Below are positions 37,208 through 47,554 of a DNA stretch of 64,000 bases, piece after piece. The stretch is from Candidatus Dormiibacterota bacterium (GTDB lineage Bacteria; Chloroflexota; Dormibacteria; Aeolococcales; Aeolococcaceae): positions 697,342-761,341 of the forward strand of contig CAVUQX010000005.1 of NCBI GenBank assembly GCA_963743835.1, written 5' to 3'. The position numbers and the translations under genes are program-made. A model generated the notes under the pieces. The model was not told the DNA's origin and did not search any database. It saw only the letters and a program-made list of their open reading frames with translations. Position 1 is the first letter of the stretch; each line of letters starts with the position of its first letter.

Positions 37208-38065
37208 TCAGCTGATCGACGACTTGATCAGGTCCGCCACCGCCGCCGGCTGCTCGAGATAGGGAAGGTGCGCCATTCCCTCGAACAGCTCGAACCGCGA
37301 CCGCGGCAACCAGTCGGCGAGCTCCTTGGAACGCGCGATCACGAAGGGAAGGTCGAGGCTTCCACATGCGACCGTCACCGGTACGGCGATCTCCTCGAGC
37401 CTCGACCACGCGGTGATGCCGCTCTTCCCCGATTCCTCCGGGATCTCGTTCTTCAGCGCGATCGCGTTCATCGCGAGCGCGAGATCTCGTGCCGGGCCGG
37501 AGACGCGGCCCTCCGGCGCGCTCGGGCCATCGAGCCAGAGCCACATCTCCACGCGGTTGATCTCGTCGATCTCACCGGAAGTCTGCGCGGCCTCCCACAA
37601 CCGCACGAGCCGGTCGGTGTCGGCATCGAAGACGGTCGGTTCGGGAGCGCCGCTCACCGCCGGGGCGAGCAGCACCAGGCCGGCCACACGATCCGGCGAC
37701 GCCAGGGCCGCGTCGATCGCGACCTCGCCGCCCATCGAGCTCCCCACCAGCCACACAGGGCCGGAGGCCACCTGGTCGAGCACCGCGTCGAGATCGTCGA
37801 GGTGCGAGAAGCCGTATGTGACTCCGGAGGTCTCGCCGTAGCCGCGCATGTCGTACGCCACCACGCCCGTCGTCGGCGAGAGCGCATCGGCGACGGCATA
37901 CCAGGACCGGCGGTCGGCCACCCCGGCGTGGAGCAGGACCACAGGCTGTCCATCACCCGCCCAGCGCTCGCCTACCAGGGTGGCGGTGCCGCGCTGCACG
38001 GTGAACGCTTCGGATGCCACCGGCCCATTCTGACCCGATAACCGGTTAGGCGTCGGCGCTCGCAC
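37208..38065 (-). CDS. alpha/beta-fold hydrolase
   Basis: VVLLHAGVADRRSW, nucleophile elbow LVGSSMGG, C-terminal GMAHLPYLEQP. Confidence 0.8.
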   Translation of the reverse strand: MRAPTPNRLSGQNGPVASEAFTVQRGTATLVGERWAGDGQPVVLLHAGVADRRSWYAVADALSPTTGVVAYDMRGYGETSGVTYGFSHLDDLDAVLDQVASGPVWLVGSSMGGEVAIDAALASPDRVAGLVLLAPAVSGAPEPTVFDADTDRLVRLWEAAQTSGEIDEINRVEMWLWLDGPSAPEGRVSGPARDLALAMNAIALKNEIPEESGKSGITAWSRLEEIAVPVTVACGSLDLPFVIARSKELADWLPRSRFELFEGMAHLPYLEQPAAVADLIKSSIS

Positions 38066-38214
38066 GTACTGAGCCCTGTCGCGTTACCGCTGCCCGGCGC
38101 GTTGGTCCGGCCCGAACCACCCGGCGCCATGTGAATCGTGACAGGGCTGTAGAGAAGAGAGCGCGGTTGGCCGACACAGGAAGCGGTTTCTCCATTCGGT
38201 GACATGATCCGGCG

Positions 38215-38601
38215 GTGGCAGCCGACGAAGCCGAAGCCTTCAACCAGTCGCTCCGACCGGCGCAGGGCCAGCTGTCCTATCTGCAGATCCCCGCTCTCAA
38301 CGTGCAGCGATCCGCGGAATTCTATGCGCGAGTTTTCGGCTGGAATATCGATCATCCGCATCCTGGTTTCGACGCCCCCGGCCTCATCGGTCAATGGACG
38401 ACCGACCGGACGCCGACGCGCGATGCCGGCATGCTGCCGTGGCTGAATGTCGACAGCATGCTCGAGGCGATGAAGCTCGTCCGAACCCATGGCGGCGAGG
38501 TGCTGGAGCATCCGACGCCGGACGGCCCGGATCGGCTCCTGGCGACCGTGCGCGACCCGGCCGGCAACGTCATCGGCCTCGTGCAACTCGTCACCCGCTG
38601 A
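38215..38601 (+). CDS. VOC/glyoxalase-family protein
   Basis: LSYLQIPALNVQRSAEFYARVFGW ... ATVRDPAGNVIGLVQ. Confidence 0.75.
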   Translation: MAADEAEAFNQSLRPAQGQLSYLQIPALNVQRSAEFYARVFGWNIDHPHPGFDAPGLIGQWTTDRTPTRDAGMLPWLNVDSMLEAMKLVRTHGGEVLEHPTPDGPDRLLATVRDPAGNVIGLVQLVTR

Positions 38602-38613
38602 CCGCGGGTCAGC

Positions 38614-38811
38614 TCACACCGCGAACAGAGCCGCGGGACGCGCGAAGTGCCGATGTCCGCAGGCGATGCACTTCAGCTCCGCGCGGACCGGGCGGCTGAG
38701 CTGCAGCGACTGCAGGTGCTCCGCTCGTTGGTAGTGGACCGTCAGCGGGATGAGCCGCGACCCGCCGCAGCGGGCACAGCGGATGGCCCGCTCGCCGTCC
38801 GAACTTTTCAC
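38614..38811 (-). CDS. small zinc-ribbon protein (2x CxxC)
   Basis: 65 aa from GTG 38811: IRCARCGG ... LKCIACGH. Downstream of and co-directional with chrA. Confidence 0.4.
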   Translation of the reverse strand: MKSSDGERAIRCARCGGSRLIPLTVHYQRAEHLQSLQLSRPVRAELKCIACGHRHFARPAALFAV

Positions 38812-38861
38812 GGCCGGTATTGTCCTACTGCATCTGGTCTGGATGTCAATAGTGCCAGGGC

Positions 38862-40136
38862 TCAGACGGGACCTCCGGCGAGCGCGATGACCAGCCCGAT
38901 CACCCCAGCGATGACCAGCCCGCTGACGACCCCGAGACGGATCACGAAGAGCCAGATCAGCCCGCCCGCGAGGACCGGGATCTGCCAGCCCGCCTGAAAC
39001 GCGAGACCCAGGGGAATGGTCGAGCCCGCGATCGCGCCGATGACGGCCGGGCCCGCGCCGGTGAGAAACGACTCGATCGAGGTGTTGGTCCGAATCTGAT
39101 CGAACCGTGGGCCGCCGGCGAGGACGAAGATGAACGAGGGCGTGAATGCGACGGCCACGGCGAGAAGGCCCCCGCCGATGCCGGCGGCTGCGTATCCGAC
39201 CACCGCGACAGTGAGGACGACCGGACCGGGCGTGACCTGGCCGAGCGCGACGGCATCGAGGAATTGCGCTCCCGTCATCCAGTGATACGTGATCACCGCG
39301 TCGTGCTGCATGAGCGGGATGATCACAAAGCCACCTCCATACGACAGCGCGCCGACCTTGAAGGCCACCCAGGCGACGGCTCCGATTCCGCCGAGCGCCA
39401 CCGTGTGGATGAGCGCGGCCGGGAGCAGCGCCATCGGCGAGCGGGGCGCTGTCGACGTCCGCGCCTGATGCCGGATGGCCACCTCGACCAGGCCGCACGC
39501 CAGCAGGACAAGGACGAGGTACGGGCCGATCGTGGCGGCGGCGACGCCGCCGGCGAGCGCGTACAGGACCCAGCGCAGCTTCTGTACGCGCTCGTCACCG
39601 ATTCGCCGCCAGCTCGACGGCATGAGACCCCAGGCCGCATGCAGGGCAACAGCCGGAACCGCCGCGCCCGCGCCGGCCGCGGCACCGAGAATCCAGAGCG
39701 GGGGATGGCTTGCGAGAAAGACGGCTGAGAGCGCGAGGATGAGCACCATCCCCGGCGCGATGAAGCCGATCCCTCCGATGAGCGCGCCCCGGACTCCGCG
39801 AAGCCGCCAGGCGCAGAAGATCGCGAGCTGTGTCGACGCCGGTCCCGGGAGCATGCTGGTTGTCGAGATGCCGTCCTCGAACTCCTGGGCGTCCAGCCAG
39901 TGTCGCTGCTCCACACACATCCGGCGCAGCAACGCGATGTGCGTCGGCGGACCACCGAAGCCGATGCACCCGAGACGCACCCACTCACGCGCGATGGTTG
40001 TGAGCGGCACCGTCCCGGGCACAGCCTGGCGGTTGCCCTCGAGCACGTGGCGCAGCTTATGGAATCCCGACGCCTGGCGCCCCGAGGGTCCTTCTACGCC
40101 GGGGCGTTGAGCCTTGGCTCCTCTCTCGAAGACCAC
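38862..40136 (-). CDS. chrA: chromate transporter (two CHR domains)
   Basis: GCIGFGGPPTHIALLRRMCVEQRHWLDAQEFEDGISTTSMLPGPASTQLAIF, with a second repeat SYGGGFVIIPLMQHDAV...GQVTPGPVVL. Confidence 0.85.
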   Translation of the reverse strand: MVFERGAKAQRPGVEGPSGRQASGFHKLRHVLEGNRQAVPGTVPLTTIAREWVRLGCIGFGGPPTHIALLRRMCVEQRHWLDAQEFEDGISTTSMLPGPASTQLAIFCAWRLRGVRGALIGGIGFIAPGMVLILALSAVFLASHPPLWILGAAAGAGAAVPAVALHAAWGLMPSSWRRIGDERVQKLRWVLYALAGGVAAATIGPYLVLVLLACGLVEVAIRHQARTSTAPRSPMALLPAALIHTVALGGIGAVAWVAFKVGALSYGGGFVIIPLMQHDAVITYHWMTGAQFLDAVALGQVTPGPVVLTVAVVGYAAAGIGGGLLAVAVAFTPSFIFVLAGGPRFDQIRTNTSIESFLTGAGPAVIGAIAGSTIPLGLAFQAGWQIPVLAGGLIWLFVIRLGVVSGLVIAGVIGLVIALAGGPV

Positions 40137-40825
40137 GCGCGCTGGCGATCCTGCGAGTCAATCGCCCACTGCAGGGTCTCGAGAACGTGGCCGAGGTGCT
40201 CCGCCATCGCCGCGTCGCAGGCATCGGGGTCGTGCGCGGCGATGGCCGCGACGATTGCCCGGTGCTCCCGCAACGACTGCGCGGGGCGGCCGGGCCGGAG
40301 GATCGTGCCGTACTGGAACCGGATGCTCTGCGACTTCAGCGTGACCAGCACCTTGATCGCCACCTGGTTGTCTGAGATGCGCCAGATCCGCCGGTGCAGT
40401 TGGGGGTTGAGCTGCATGTAGCCGAGTGAATCGGACTCCCGAAGCCGGTCGGCCATCGAGGCAAGGATGCCCCGAAGATCTTCGAGATCGTCACTCGCTG
40501 CCCGCTCCGCTGCACTCCGGGCGAGGAGCCGTTCCAACGAGTTGCGCACCTGTTCGATCTCGAACGCCTCACGGGCCGAGATCAGGCGAACCCGGGCTCC
40601 TCGGTTGGGCTCGCGGACGATGAGTCCCTCCTGGTCCAGCGTGGCGAGGGCTGCGCGGATGGCGGTACGACCGGCGCCGTAGCGGACCGAGAGATCCGCC
40701 TCGACCAGGCGTTCGTTGGGTTGGAAGTCGCCGCTGATGATCGCGTCACGCAGCCGGTCGCAGGGGTCGTTGACCAACCGCGAGCGCCGCTCACTCGAGC
40801 CGGAAGAGGGGGCTGGATTGTTCAC
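40094..40825 (-). CDS. GntR-family regulator, FadR/FCD subfamily
   Basis: wHTH LRDAIISGDFQPNERLVEADLSVRYGAGRTAIRAALATLDQEGLI plus an all-helical FCD-like C-terminal domain. Confidence 0.85.
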   Translation of the reverse strand: MNNPAPSSGSSERRSRLVNDPCDRLRDAIISGDFQPNERLVEADLSVRYGAGRTAIRAALATLDQEGLIVREPNRGARVRLISAREAFEIEQVRNSLERLLARSAAERAASDDLEDLRGILASMADRLRESDSLGYMQLNPQLHRRIWRISDNQVAIKVLVTLKSQSIRFQYGTILRPGRPAQSLREHRAIVAAIAAHDPDACDAAMAEHLGHVLETLQWAIDSQDRQRAWSSREEPRLNAPA

Positions 40826-40840
40826 AACACTGTCGCTACT

Positions 40841-40852
40841 ATTGTCGACAAT
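40841..40852. promoter_or_regulatory. perfect 12-nt palindrome ATTGTCGACAAT, candidate GntR/FadR operator
   Basis: Located in the 64-nt gap between the GntR gene (-) and the ABC binding-protein gene (+). Matches the t.GT-N-AC.a family pattern. Confidence 0.5.
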
Positions 40853-40889
40853 CTTCGCCAGCCGCGCTTCGGGCGCTTGGAGGCATCTG

Positions 40890-42213
40890 ATGCTCGCAAG
40901 CCATCACAGGGTCGGCAAGGGGGTGGGGGTCCTCTTCGCGACGCTCTCGATCGCGCTCGCCGCGTGCGGGAGCACACCTTCGGGAGGAGCGTCGCCCAGC
41001 ACGTCGCCGCTGCTCATCGGCGTCATCGCGCCCTTCACCGGAGCCGATGCCGCGCTTGGACCGGCGTACTTCGCCGCGTGTCTGCCTGCGGCACGAGCCA
41101 TCAACAATGCCGGCGGGGTCATGGGGCACATGGTGAGCTGCCAGGAGTTTGACACCCGCGGGGAACCGGCCGATGCGGTCCCGGCCGCACAGCAGATGAT
41201 CGCGAGCCACTCAAATCTCATGGCGGTGGTCGGGTGCACATCCGACGAGGCGGCGAGCGTCGCTCCCATCCTCAACCAGGCGCACATCCCGATGTTCTGC
41301 ATGACCGGCCAGTCGGAGTTCAACAAGACCTCGTTCACCTACTTCCACCGTCTCGTCCCCCCCGACGAATTCGACGCCTTCGCGATGGTCGGAAGCGCGC
41401 TCGACCACTTCAACTACAAGAAGGTCGCGCTCGTCTTCGGCAACGACATCGGTTCTCAGGCCTTTGTCGGCCCGGCGATGACCGCCCTCCAGCATCTCGG
41501 TGCCACGGTGACCATCAACCAGGCGATCGCGCTTGGCCAGCCGTCCTATCGCACCGAGGTCACGGCGATGCTGGCAACCCATCCCGACGTGATCTTCACC
41601 GAGGCGCTCGGTCCGACCGATGCCACCTACATGGCCGAGGTCAAGCAGCTGAACAATGGCGTGATGCTGCCCTTCATGGGGACGTCGGCAACCATCGACC
41701 CGGTGTGGTTCAAGGCGGTCACCGGAGCGATCGGCGTTCAGACGGTGGTCTCCAAGTTCACCGCCGTCGACCTCGGCGTGTCGTTCAGCGGGCCGGGATA
41801 CGACGAGTTCAAGACCAACCTCGACGCCGTCGCCTCGCAGTTTCCTGCCGCGCCGACATATTCGCAGCGCGGCGCCACCCTCCATCTCTACGACGGCATC
41901 ATGCAGGCCGCGCTGGCCATGGATGAGACCAAGAGCACCGACCCCACCGTGTACAACCCGGTCATACGAGACGTCGGGAACGGCGTTACCGGAGCCACGA
42001 CGGTGAACACCTACGCAGCCGGTGTCGCCGCGATCAAGAACGGCCAGAAGGTCCGCTGGGTCGGAGCCGGTGGAACTCACCAACTACAACCAGTACAACA
42101 ACTCCCAGCAGGGGTACATCCTGGTCCGGTATGACGCCATGGGCAATGAGATCACCATCGGCACGCTCACCCAAGCGCAGACCGCGGCGATCATCGCGGC
42201 GGGCGGTGGCTGA
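40890..42213 (+). pseudogene. Liv-type (type I PBP) ABC substrate-binding lipoprotein, frame broken near 42070-42076
   Basis: GGAGG then ATG 40890, lipobox LALAACGS. The body ends ...GQKVRWVGAGG, then the next frame reads ELTNYNQYNNSQQGYILVRYDAMGNEITIGTL...* (ORF 42022..42213). Length is 3n+1. Confidence 0.75.
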
Positions 42214-42231
42214 GCCACACATCGGTCGGCG

Positions 42232-43125
42232 GTGGCGGCGATGAGTCTCATCGTCGCCGCCTTCGGCTTCGGCCTGGTCTCCATGTCGATCATCGCGATA
42301 TCGGCAGTCGGCTTCACGATGCAATTCGGCATCACGAACATGATCAACCTCGCCTACGGGCAGGTGATGATCGCGTCCGCGTATGCCGCGTACGCGGCGA
42401 ACAACGCGGGTGTGAGCATCTGGCTTGCCCTGCCCGTGGCCGCCGTGTTCGGGGCCGTGTTCTCGTTCCTTCTTAACCGCCTCGTCTACGCGCCGTTCCA
42501 GCGCAAAGGAACCAACCTCATCGGCATGGTGATCATCTCGCTCGCCGTATCGCTGGTCATCGCCAATGTGTTGCTGCCGATCGTCGGGTACTACAGCGTC
42601 TCGTACCACCAGAACGCGGGGACGACATACCACTTCGGATCGATCGCGCTCACCGGGGAACAGTTGGCGATCATCGGGGTGGCCGTCGTTGTCATGCTCG
42701 CCATCCACGCGCTGCTCCGATTCACCCGCCTGGGCAAGGCGATGCGCGCCACCGCCGCCAACCCGACCCTCGCCCGCAACTGCGGCATCCCCACGTCACG
42801 CGTGATCGATCTCGCGTGGCTCATCACGGGAGCGCTGTGTGGTATCGCGGGCACGGTTGCCGGCATGAACTCGGACTCGTTCTCGGTGGCCAGCGGCTCT
42901 GAGTTTCTGATCCCGATCATCGCGGCCTCGATCCTCGGCGGGGCCGGGAGTCCCTATGGCGCCATGATCGGCGCGGTGATCATCGGTGAGATGACCGAGC
43001 TCAGCGCCGCGATCATCTCGCCCGAGTACAAGCAGGTCGTCGCCTTCGCAGTCCTTGTCCTGGTCATGGTGCTCCGGCCTCAGGGTTTGCTTGCCAAGCG
43101 AGGCGCACTCGCGGCTGCAGGGTGA
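42232..43125 (+). CDS. livH: branched-chain amino acid ABC permease
   Basis: 297-aa LivH-type permease (INLAYGQVMIASAY...). Confidence 0.85.
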   Translation: MAAMSLIVAAFGFGLVSMSIIAISAVGFTMQFGITNMINLAYGQVMIASAYAAYAANNAGVSIWLALPVAAVFGAVFSFLLNRLVYAPFQRKGTNLIGMVIISLAVSLVIANVLLPIVGYYSVSYHQNAGTTYHFGSIALTGEQLAIIGVAVVVMLAIHALLRFTRLGKAMRATAANPTLARNCGIPTSRVIDLAWLITGALCGIAGTVAGMNSDSFSVASGSEFLIPIIAASILGGAGSPYGAMIGAVIIGEMTELSAAIISPEYKQVVAFAVLVLVMVLRPQGLLAKRGALAAAG

Positions 43126-44111
43126 CCTACTACCTCACGACCATCCTCGTCTACGCGGCGGTCGATATCCTGGCGTGCCTGGCGATCAGCCTCCAGTTCG
43201 GCGTGTCGGGCATCGTCAACTTCAGCTTCATCATCTTCCAGGCTGCAGGCGCATACACCGCGGCGGTGCTGTCCCTGCCCCGCGACACCGCGAACGGCGG
43301 CTTCCAGACGTACATCCTCGGTCTCAACATGAGCTTTCCGCTGCCCTGGATCGGCGCGACAGTGGTCGGCGCCGTGATCGCCGTGCCCATCGGGCTCGTC
43401 GCCCTGCGGCGGCTGCGCAGCGACTACCAGGCGATCGCGATGCTCGTGCTCTCGGTGATCGCAAGCCTGGTGGTCACCAACACGCCACCCTTTCTCGACG
43501 GGGCCGCTGGTCTCTCACTCGTCCCCCAGCCACTTTCAGACAAGTTCAACCCATACTCGGATGGCTACCTGTGGGCGTACACCGTCGGTGCGCTCATCCT
43601 CGCGCTCATCGTCTTCCTCCTCGTGCAGCGGGTGATCAACTCGCCGTACGGACGCTCGCTGCGAGCCATGCGCGAGAACGAGGCCGCGGCCAATGCGCTG
43701 GGCAAGAATGCGGTCGCGCTGAAGATGACCGTGTTCGTTGTCGGCGGTGCGATCGCGGGCCTGAGCGGTGCCATCCTTGTCGGCTTCATCACGACGTGGG
43801 CGCCATCCACCTGGCTCTACCCGGAGACCCTGATCCTGTTTGCCGCCGTGATCGTCGGCGGACGCGGCAACAACTACGGGGCGGTGCTCGGCGCGCTGCT
43901 GGTCCCTGTGGGATTCGAGGAGGCGACGCGCTACCTGCCGCCGTTCGGTCCGCCCGGCCTGATCCCGGCGCTCGAGTGGGTCTGCATCGGCGGCCTGATC
44001 CTGGGGTTCCTCTGGTTCCGTCCGCGCGGCGTGCTGCCCGAGCGACGACGCGTGTTCCCGCCACGACGGCAGGTCGTGGAGGTGGGGAGTGCAGGTGCCA
44101 GTCGAGACTGA
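43122..44111 (+). CDS. livM: branched-chain amino acid ABC permease
   Basis: 329-aa LivM-type permease (SPYGRSLRAMRENEAAANALG). Confidence 0.85.
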   Translation: MTYYLTTILVYAAVDILACLAISLQFGVSGIVNFSFIIFQAAGAYTAAVLSLPRDTANGGFQTYILGLNMSFPLPWIGATVVGAVIAVPIGLVALRRLRSDYQAIAMLVLSVIASLVVTNTPPFLDGAAGLSLVPQPLSDKFNPYSDGYLWAYTVGALILALIVFLLVQRVINSPYGRSLRAMRENEAAANALGKNAVALKMTVFVVGGAIAGLSGAILVGFITTWAPSTWLYPETLILFAAVIVGGRGNNYGAVLGALLVPVGFEEATRYLPPFGPPGLIPALEWVCIGGLILGFLWFRPRGVLPERRRVFPPRRQVVEVGSAGASRD

Positions 44112-44913
44112 CGCACTTCCCGTGACCCCGGTGGCGGGCCAGCCGGATCCGGGCAAACGGCCTTTGCTCGTGTCACGGCACGTCAGCCGTCACTTCGAGG
44201 GCGTGCATGCCGTCGAGGATGTCTCGATCGACGTCCTCCCCGGACGGATCACGGGGCTCATCGGCCCGAACGGCGCGGGCAAGTCAACATTTCTCGCCGT
44301 GCTCGCGGGGACGTTGCCGGTGAGCTCCGGAGCGATCATCTTCGACGGCGACGACGTGACCGGGTGGCCCGCATACCGTCGCGCCAGGCGCGGTCTGGTA
44401 CGCACCTTTCAACTCCCGTCCGAGTTCGGGCAGCTCACCGTCCTCGAGAATCTGCTCGCGGCCGCACCCGGCAACCGCGGCGACACGCTCCGCGGTGCGC
44501 TCCTCGGCAAGCGGTACTGGAAGGCGGATGAGGATCGCCTCGTGGAGCAGGCGCGTCTCCTGCTCGATCGCTTCCGGATGAGCGCCAAGGAATCGGATTA
44601 TGCAAGCTCGCTCAGCGGCGGTCAGAAACGACTCGTCGAGATCATGCGCGCGCTGATGCTGCAGCCCAGGCTCCTGCTCCTCGACGAGCCGATGTCAGGA
44701 GTGCACCCATCGATCATCGGCCAGATCGCCGACTACTGCGAGGCGCTTCGCGACGAGGGCCTCACCATCCTTATGGTCGAGCACGAGCTGCACATGATCG
44801 AGCGCATGTGCAACCCGGTCGTGGTCATGGCGCAGGGGAGCGTCATCGGGCAGGGGACCATGGCTGCGCTTCGCCAGCAACGCGAAATCGTTGACGCGTA
44901 CCTTGTCGGATAG
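44089..44913 (+). CDS. livG: ABC transporter ATP-binding protein
   Basis: GPNGAGKSTFL, LSGGQKRLVEIMRAL, LLLDEPMSG. Confidence 0.85.
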   Translation: MQVPVETDALPVTPVAGQPDPGKRPLLVSRHVSRHFEGVHAVEDVSIDVLPGRITGLIGPNGAGKSTFLAVLAGTLPVSSGAIIFDGDDVTGWPAYRRARRGLVRTFQLPSEFGQLTVLENLLAAAPGNRGDTLRGALLGKRYWKADEDRLVEQARLLLDRFRMSAKESDYASSLSGGQKRLVEIMRALMLQPRLLLLDEPMSGVHPSIIGQIADYCEALRDEGLTILMVEHELHMIERMCNPVVVMAQGSVIGQGTMAALRQQREIVDAYLVG

Positions 44914-45694
44914 CCGCGCGGTCGCGACCGCGGCGCGGCCCGATCCGCTCCTGCGCGCCGAGGGCATCACCGCCGGCTATGGCGGTGTTCCGGTGATCCG
45001 CGATGTCAGCTTGAGCGTTGGGCCGGGAGAGATCGTTGCCGTCATCGGCCCCAACGGCGCAGGGAAGAGCACGCTGCTCAAGGCGCTGGTCGGGATTCTT
45101 CGGGTCACCGAAGGACGGATCATGCTGGTCGACCAGGAGGTCACCAACAAGCGGCCGGAGGAGCTCGCGCGGCGCGGCGTCGGTTACGTGCCGCAGGTGC
45201 AGGACATCTTCGAGCCCTTGACGGTGCTCGAGAATCTCGAGATGGGCGGGTATCTGCTGTCTGCGGCGACCGTTCGTGCGCGGGTTCCGGAGGTGATCGA
45301 GGTGTTTCCCGCGCTCAAGCCGATGCTGAAGCGCCGTGCCGACAAGCTGAGCGGCGGCGAACGCAAGATGCTCGCGATAGCGCGCGTTTTGATGCTCGAT
45401 CCCAAGGTGCTCATCCTCGATGAGCCCACCGCAAACCTCGCTCCGCAACTTGCGGACCGGCTGCTTCGAGAGCAGGTGAGCGGCCTTGGTGCGCTGGGGA
45501 AAGCGGTGCTCCTCGTGGAGCAGCGCGCACGAGCCGCGCTCGAGATCGCGGCGTACACATCTGTTCTGGTCTCTGGATCCATCCGCATGGAAGGTGCACC
45601 GGGCGAACTCCTCGATCGCCAGGATTTCGAGGAACTGTTCTTGGGAGCGGCGACGAGTTCTCAGCTCAGCGACCGGCCCGGAGGCGAACAAGGT
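44891..45694 (+). CDS. livF: ABC transporter ATP-binding protein (LivF type); no stop codon before the next coding unit
   Basis: GPNGAGKSTLL, LSGGERKMLAIARVL, LILDEPTANL, ending ...FEELFLGAATSS. Runs in frame into 45695. Confidence 0.8.
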
Positions 45695-46603
45695 ATGAAG
45701 CTGCTCATGTTTCGCGACGGTGAGGCGTCGCGCCTGGGTGTGGGACGCGATGGCTCGACCGATGAGGTCATCGACGTCGCGGCGGCTGCCAACGGCGCAG
45801 GGTCGGGGGTGCCGGCGACGGTCCTCGACGTCGTCGATGGCGGCGAGGCTGCACTCGACCGTCTGCGCGTCCTCGTGGCGTCAGCACCCGCGGGCGCGGT
45901 GCGACCGCTGGCCGACCTCGTCTTGCTGCCGCCCTTCGACCCACCGCGCGGCAACGTGTTGGCGATCGGGCGGAACTACCAGAAGCACGCCGAGGAGACC
46001 GCACGCGCCTCGAACGTCGAGGTCGGACCCCCGACCATCTTCACCAAGGCGATCACCACCATCAGCGCCCCGTACGCCGACATCCGCATCGATCCGTCAG
46101 TGAGCTCGAAGATCGACTGGGAGGTCGAGCTGGGCGTGGTCATCGGGCGTCGCGGCGCCAACATCAAGCGGCAGGACGCGCTCAGCCATGTCTTCGGCTA
46201 CACGGTGCTCAACGACGTGACCGCCCGCGACATCCAGAATGGCTGGGGTGGCCAGTGGTTCAAGGGCAAGAGCCTCGACGGATCCTGCCCCGTGGGCCCG
46301 TGGGTGCTGACACGAGATGAGGTGGCAGACGTGCAGTCGTTGCACCTGCAGCTTCGGATCAACGGCGACGTCAAGCAGGATGCGAACAGCCGCGACATGA
46401 TCTACCCGGTGGACGCGATCATCGAATGGCTCTCCGTCGGCATGACGCTGCTCCCCGGCATGCTGATCGCAACCGGCACACCGGAAGGCGTCGGGTTCGC
46501 ACGCACCCCACCCGAGTACCTGCAGCCCGGCGATGTCATGGAGTTGGAGATCGAGGGCATCGGCAAGCTCCGCAACGCCGTGGTGGCATCGCCCGCGGCG
46601 TGA
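45695..46603 (+). CDS. fumarylacetoacetate hydrolase (FAH) family protein
   Basis: GGAGG 10 nt before ATG 45695. LAIGRNYQKHAEE, DWEVELGVVIG, VFGYTVLNDVTARD, PGMLIATGTPEGVG. Confidence 0.8.
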   Translation: MKLLMFRDGEASRLGVGRDGSTDEVIDVAAAANGAGSGVPATVLDVVDGGEAALDRLRVLVASAPAGAVRPLADLVLLPPFDPPRGNVLAIGRNYQKHAEETARASNVEVGPPTIFTKAITTISAPYADIRIDPSVSSKIDWEVELGVVIGRRGANIKRQDALSHVFGYTVLNDVTARDIQNGWGGQWFKGKSLDGSCPVGPWVLTRDEVADVQSLHLQLRINGDVKQDANSRDMIYPVDAIIEWLSVGMTLLPGMLIATGTPEGVGFARTPPEYLQPGDVMELEIEGIGKLRNAVVASPAA

Positions 46604-46622
46604 GGATCGCGTCCGGCGAGCG

Positions 46623-47384
46623 GTGATTCACCTCGACGCCGCGCAGCTGCTCCTGGTCGCTGCTGCGGCGCTGATCGCCGGTGCGGTGAACGCGGTTGCC
46701 GGGGGAGGCACGCTTCTCTCCTTTCCGGTGCTCCTCCTGATCGGATTGCCTGCCCTGACGGCGAACGTCACCAGCACCCTGGGGTTGCTCCCGGGGTATG
46801 CCGGCGGCAGCATCGCGTACCGCCAGGAGCTCAGCGTCCAGCGCGAACGGGTGCGTTTCCTCGCACCCATCAGCATCGCCGGCGCGATCGTCGGTGCCAT
46901 CCTCCTGACGCGCACATCCAATCACGTATTCGCCGCGATCGTTCCGTGGCTCATCCTCGCTGCATGCGCCCTGCTTCTGCTCCAGCCGGTGGTCACGTCG
47001 CGCGTGCGTGCGCGCCGCCCCGCACGCGAACAGCACCGTTCGCCGATCCTTGCGGTGGCCCAGTTCCTCGGCGGCATCTACGGTGCGTTCTTCGGCGCCG
47101 GTCTGGGCGTGATGATGCTTGCGGTGCTCGGTCTTTTCATCCGCGATGACCTGCAGCGGATCAATGCGCTGAAAGGCATGATGTCTCTGGTCATCAACAT
47201 CGTGGCGGCGATCTACTTCGCCTTCTTCGGTCCGGTGTCGTGGCTCGCCGTCCTTGTCATGGTGCCGATGAGCGCCGCCGGCGGGTTCATCGGCGTCGCG
47301 CTGGCTCGCCGCCTCCACCCAGTGGTGCTCCGCACCGTCGTGGTCGCTCTGGGGGTTGCGTTCGCGTTGCACCTGCTCTTCTAG
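46623..47384 (+). CDS. TauE/SafE-family anion exporter
   Basis: AGAVNAVAGGGTLLSFPVLL and a second-half repeat FLGGIYGAFFGAGLGVMM. GTG 46623 preferred. Confidence 0.8.
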   Translation: MIHLDAAQLLLVAAAALIAGAVNAVAGGGTLLSFPVLLLIGLPALTANVTSTLGLLPGYAGGSIAYRQELSVQRERVRFLAPISIAGAIVGAILLTRTSNHVFAAIVPWLILAACALLLLQPVVTSRVRARRPAREQHRSPILAVAQFLGGIYGAFFGAGLGVMMLAVLGLFIRDDLQRINALKGMMSLVINIVAAIYFAFFGPVSWLAVLVMVPMSAAGGFIGVALARRLHPVVLRTVVVALGVAFALHLLF

Positions 47385-47554
47385 AGGCTCGTGGCCCCTT
47401 GCGGTATACGACCCCAAGGATCGGAGGCCTGCGGTCACGAACACTTCTGTATCTGGATGAGCACGGTGACGATCGGATCCCGGGGCTGGGACCGGTCACT
47501 GTAGGGGTGGCATTGCAAATCCACGGTTCGCGCTCTTGACAGCTGCCTGAACCG

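Noticed and set aside
38072-38148. 9-bp inverted repeat AGCCCTGTC / GACAGGGCT, 59 nt apart, in the hydrolase/VOC divergent gap
   Set aside because: The arms are short and widely spaced, and the interior is not obviously structured. It could easily arise by chance in GC-rich DNA.
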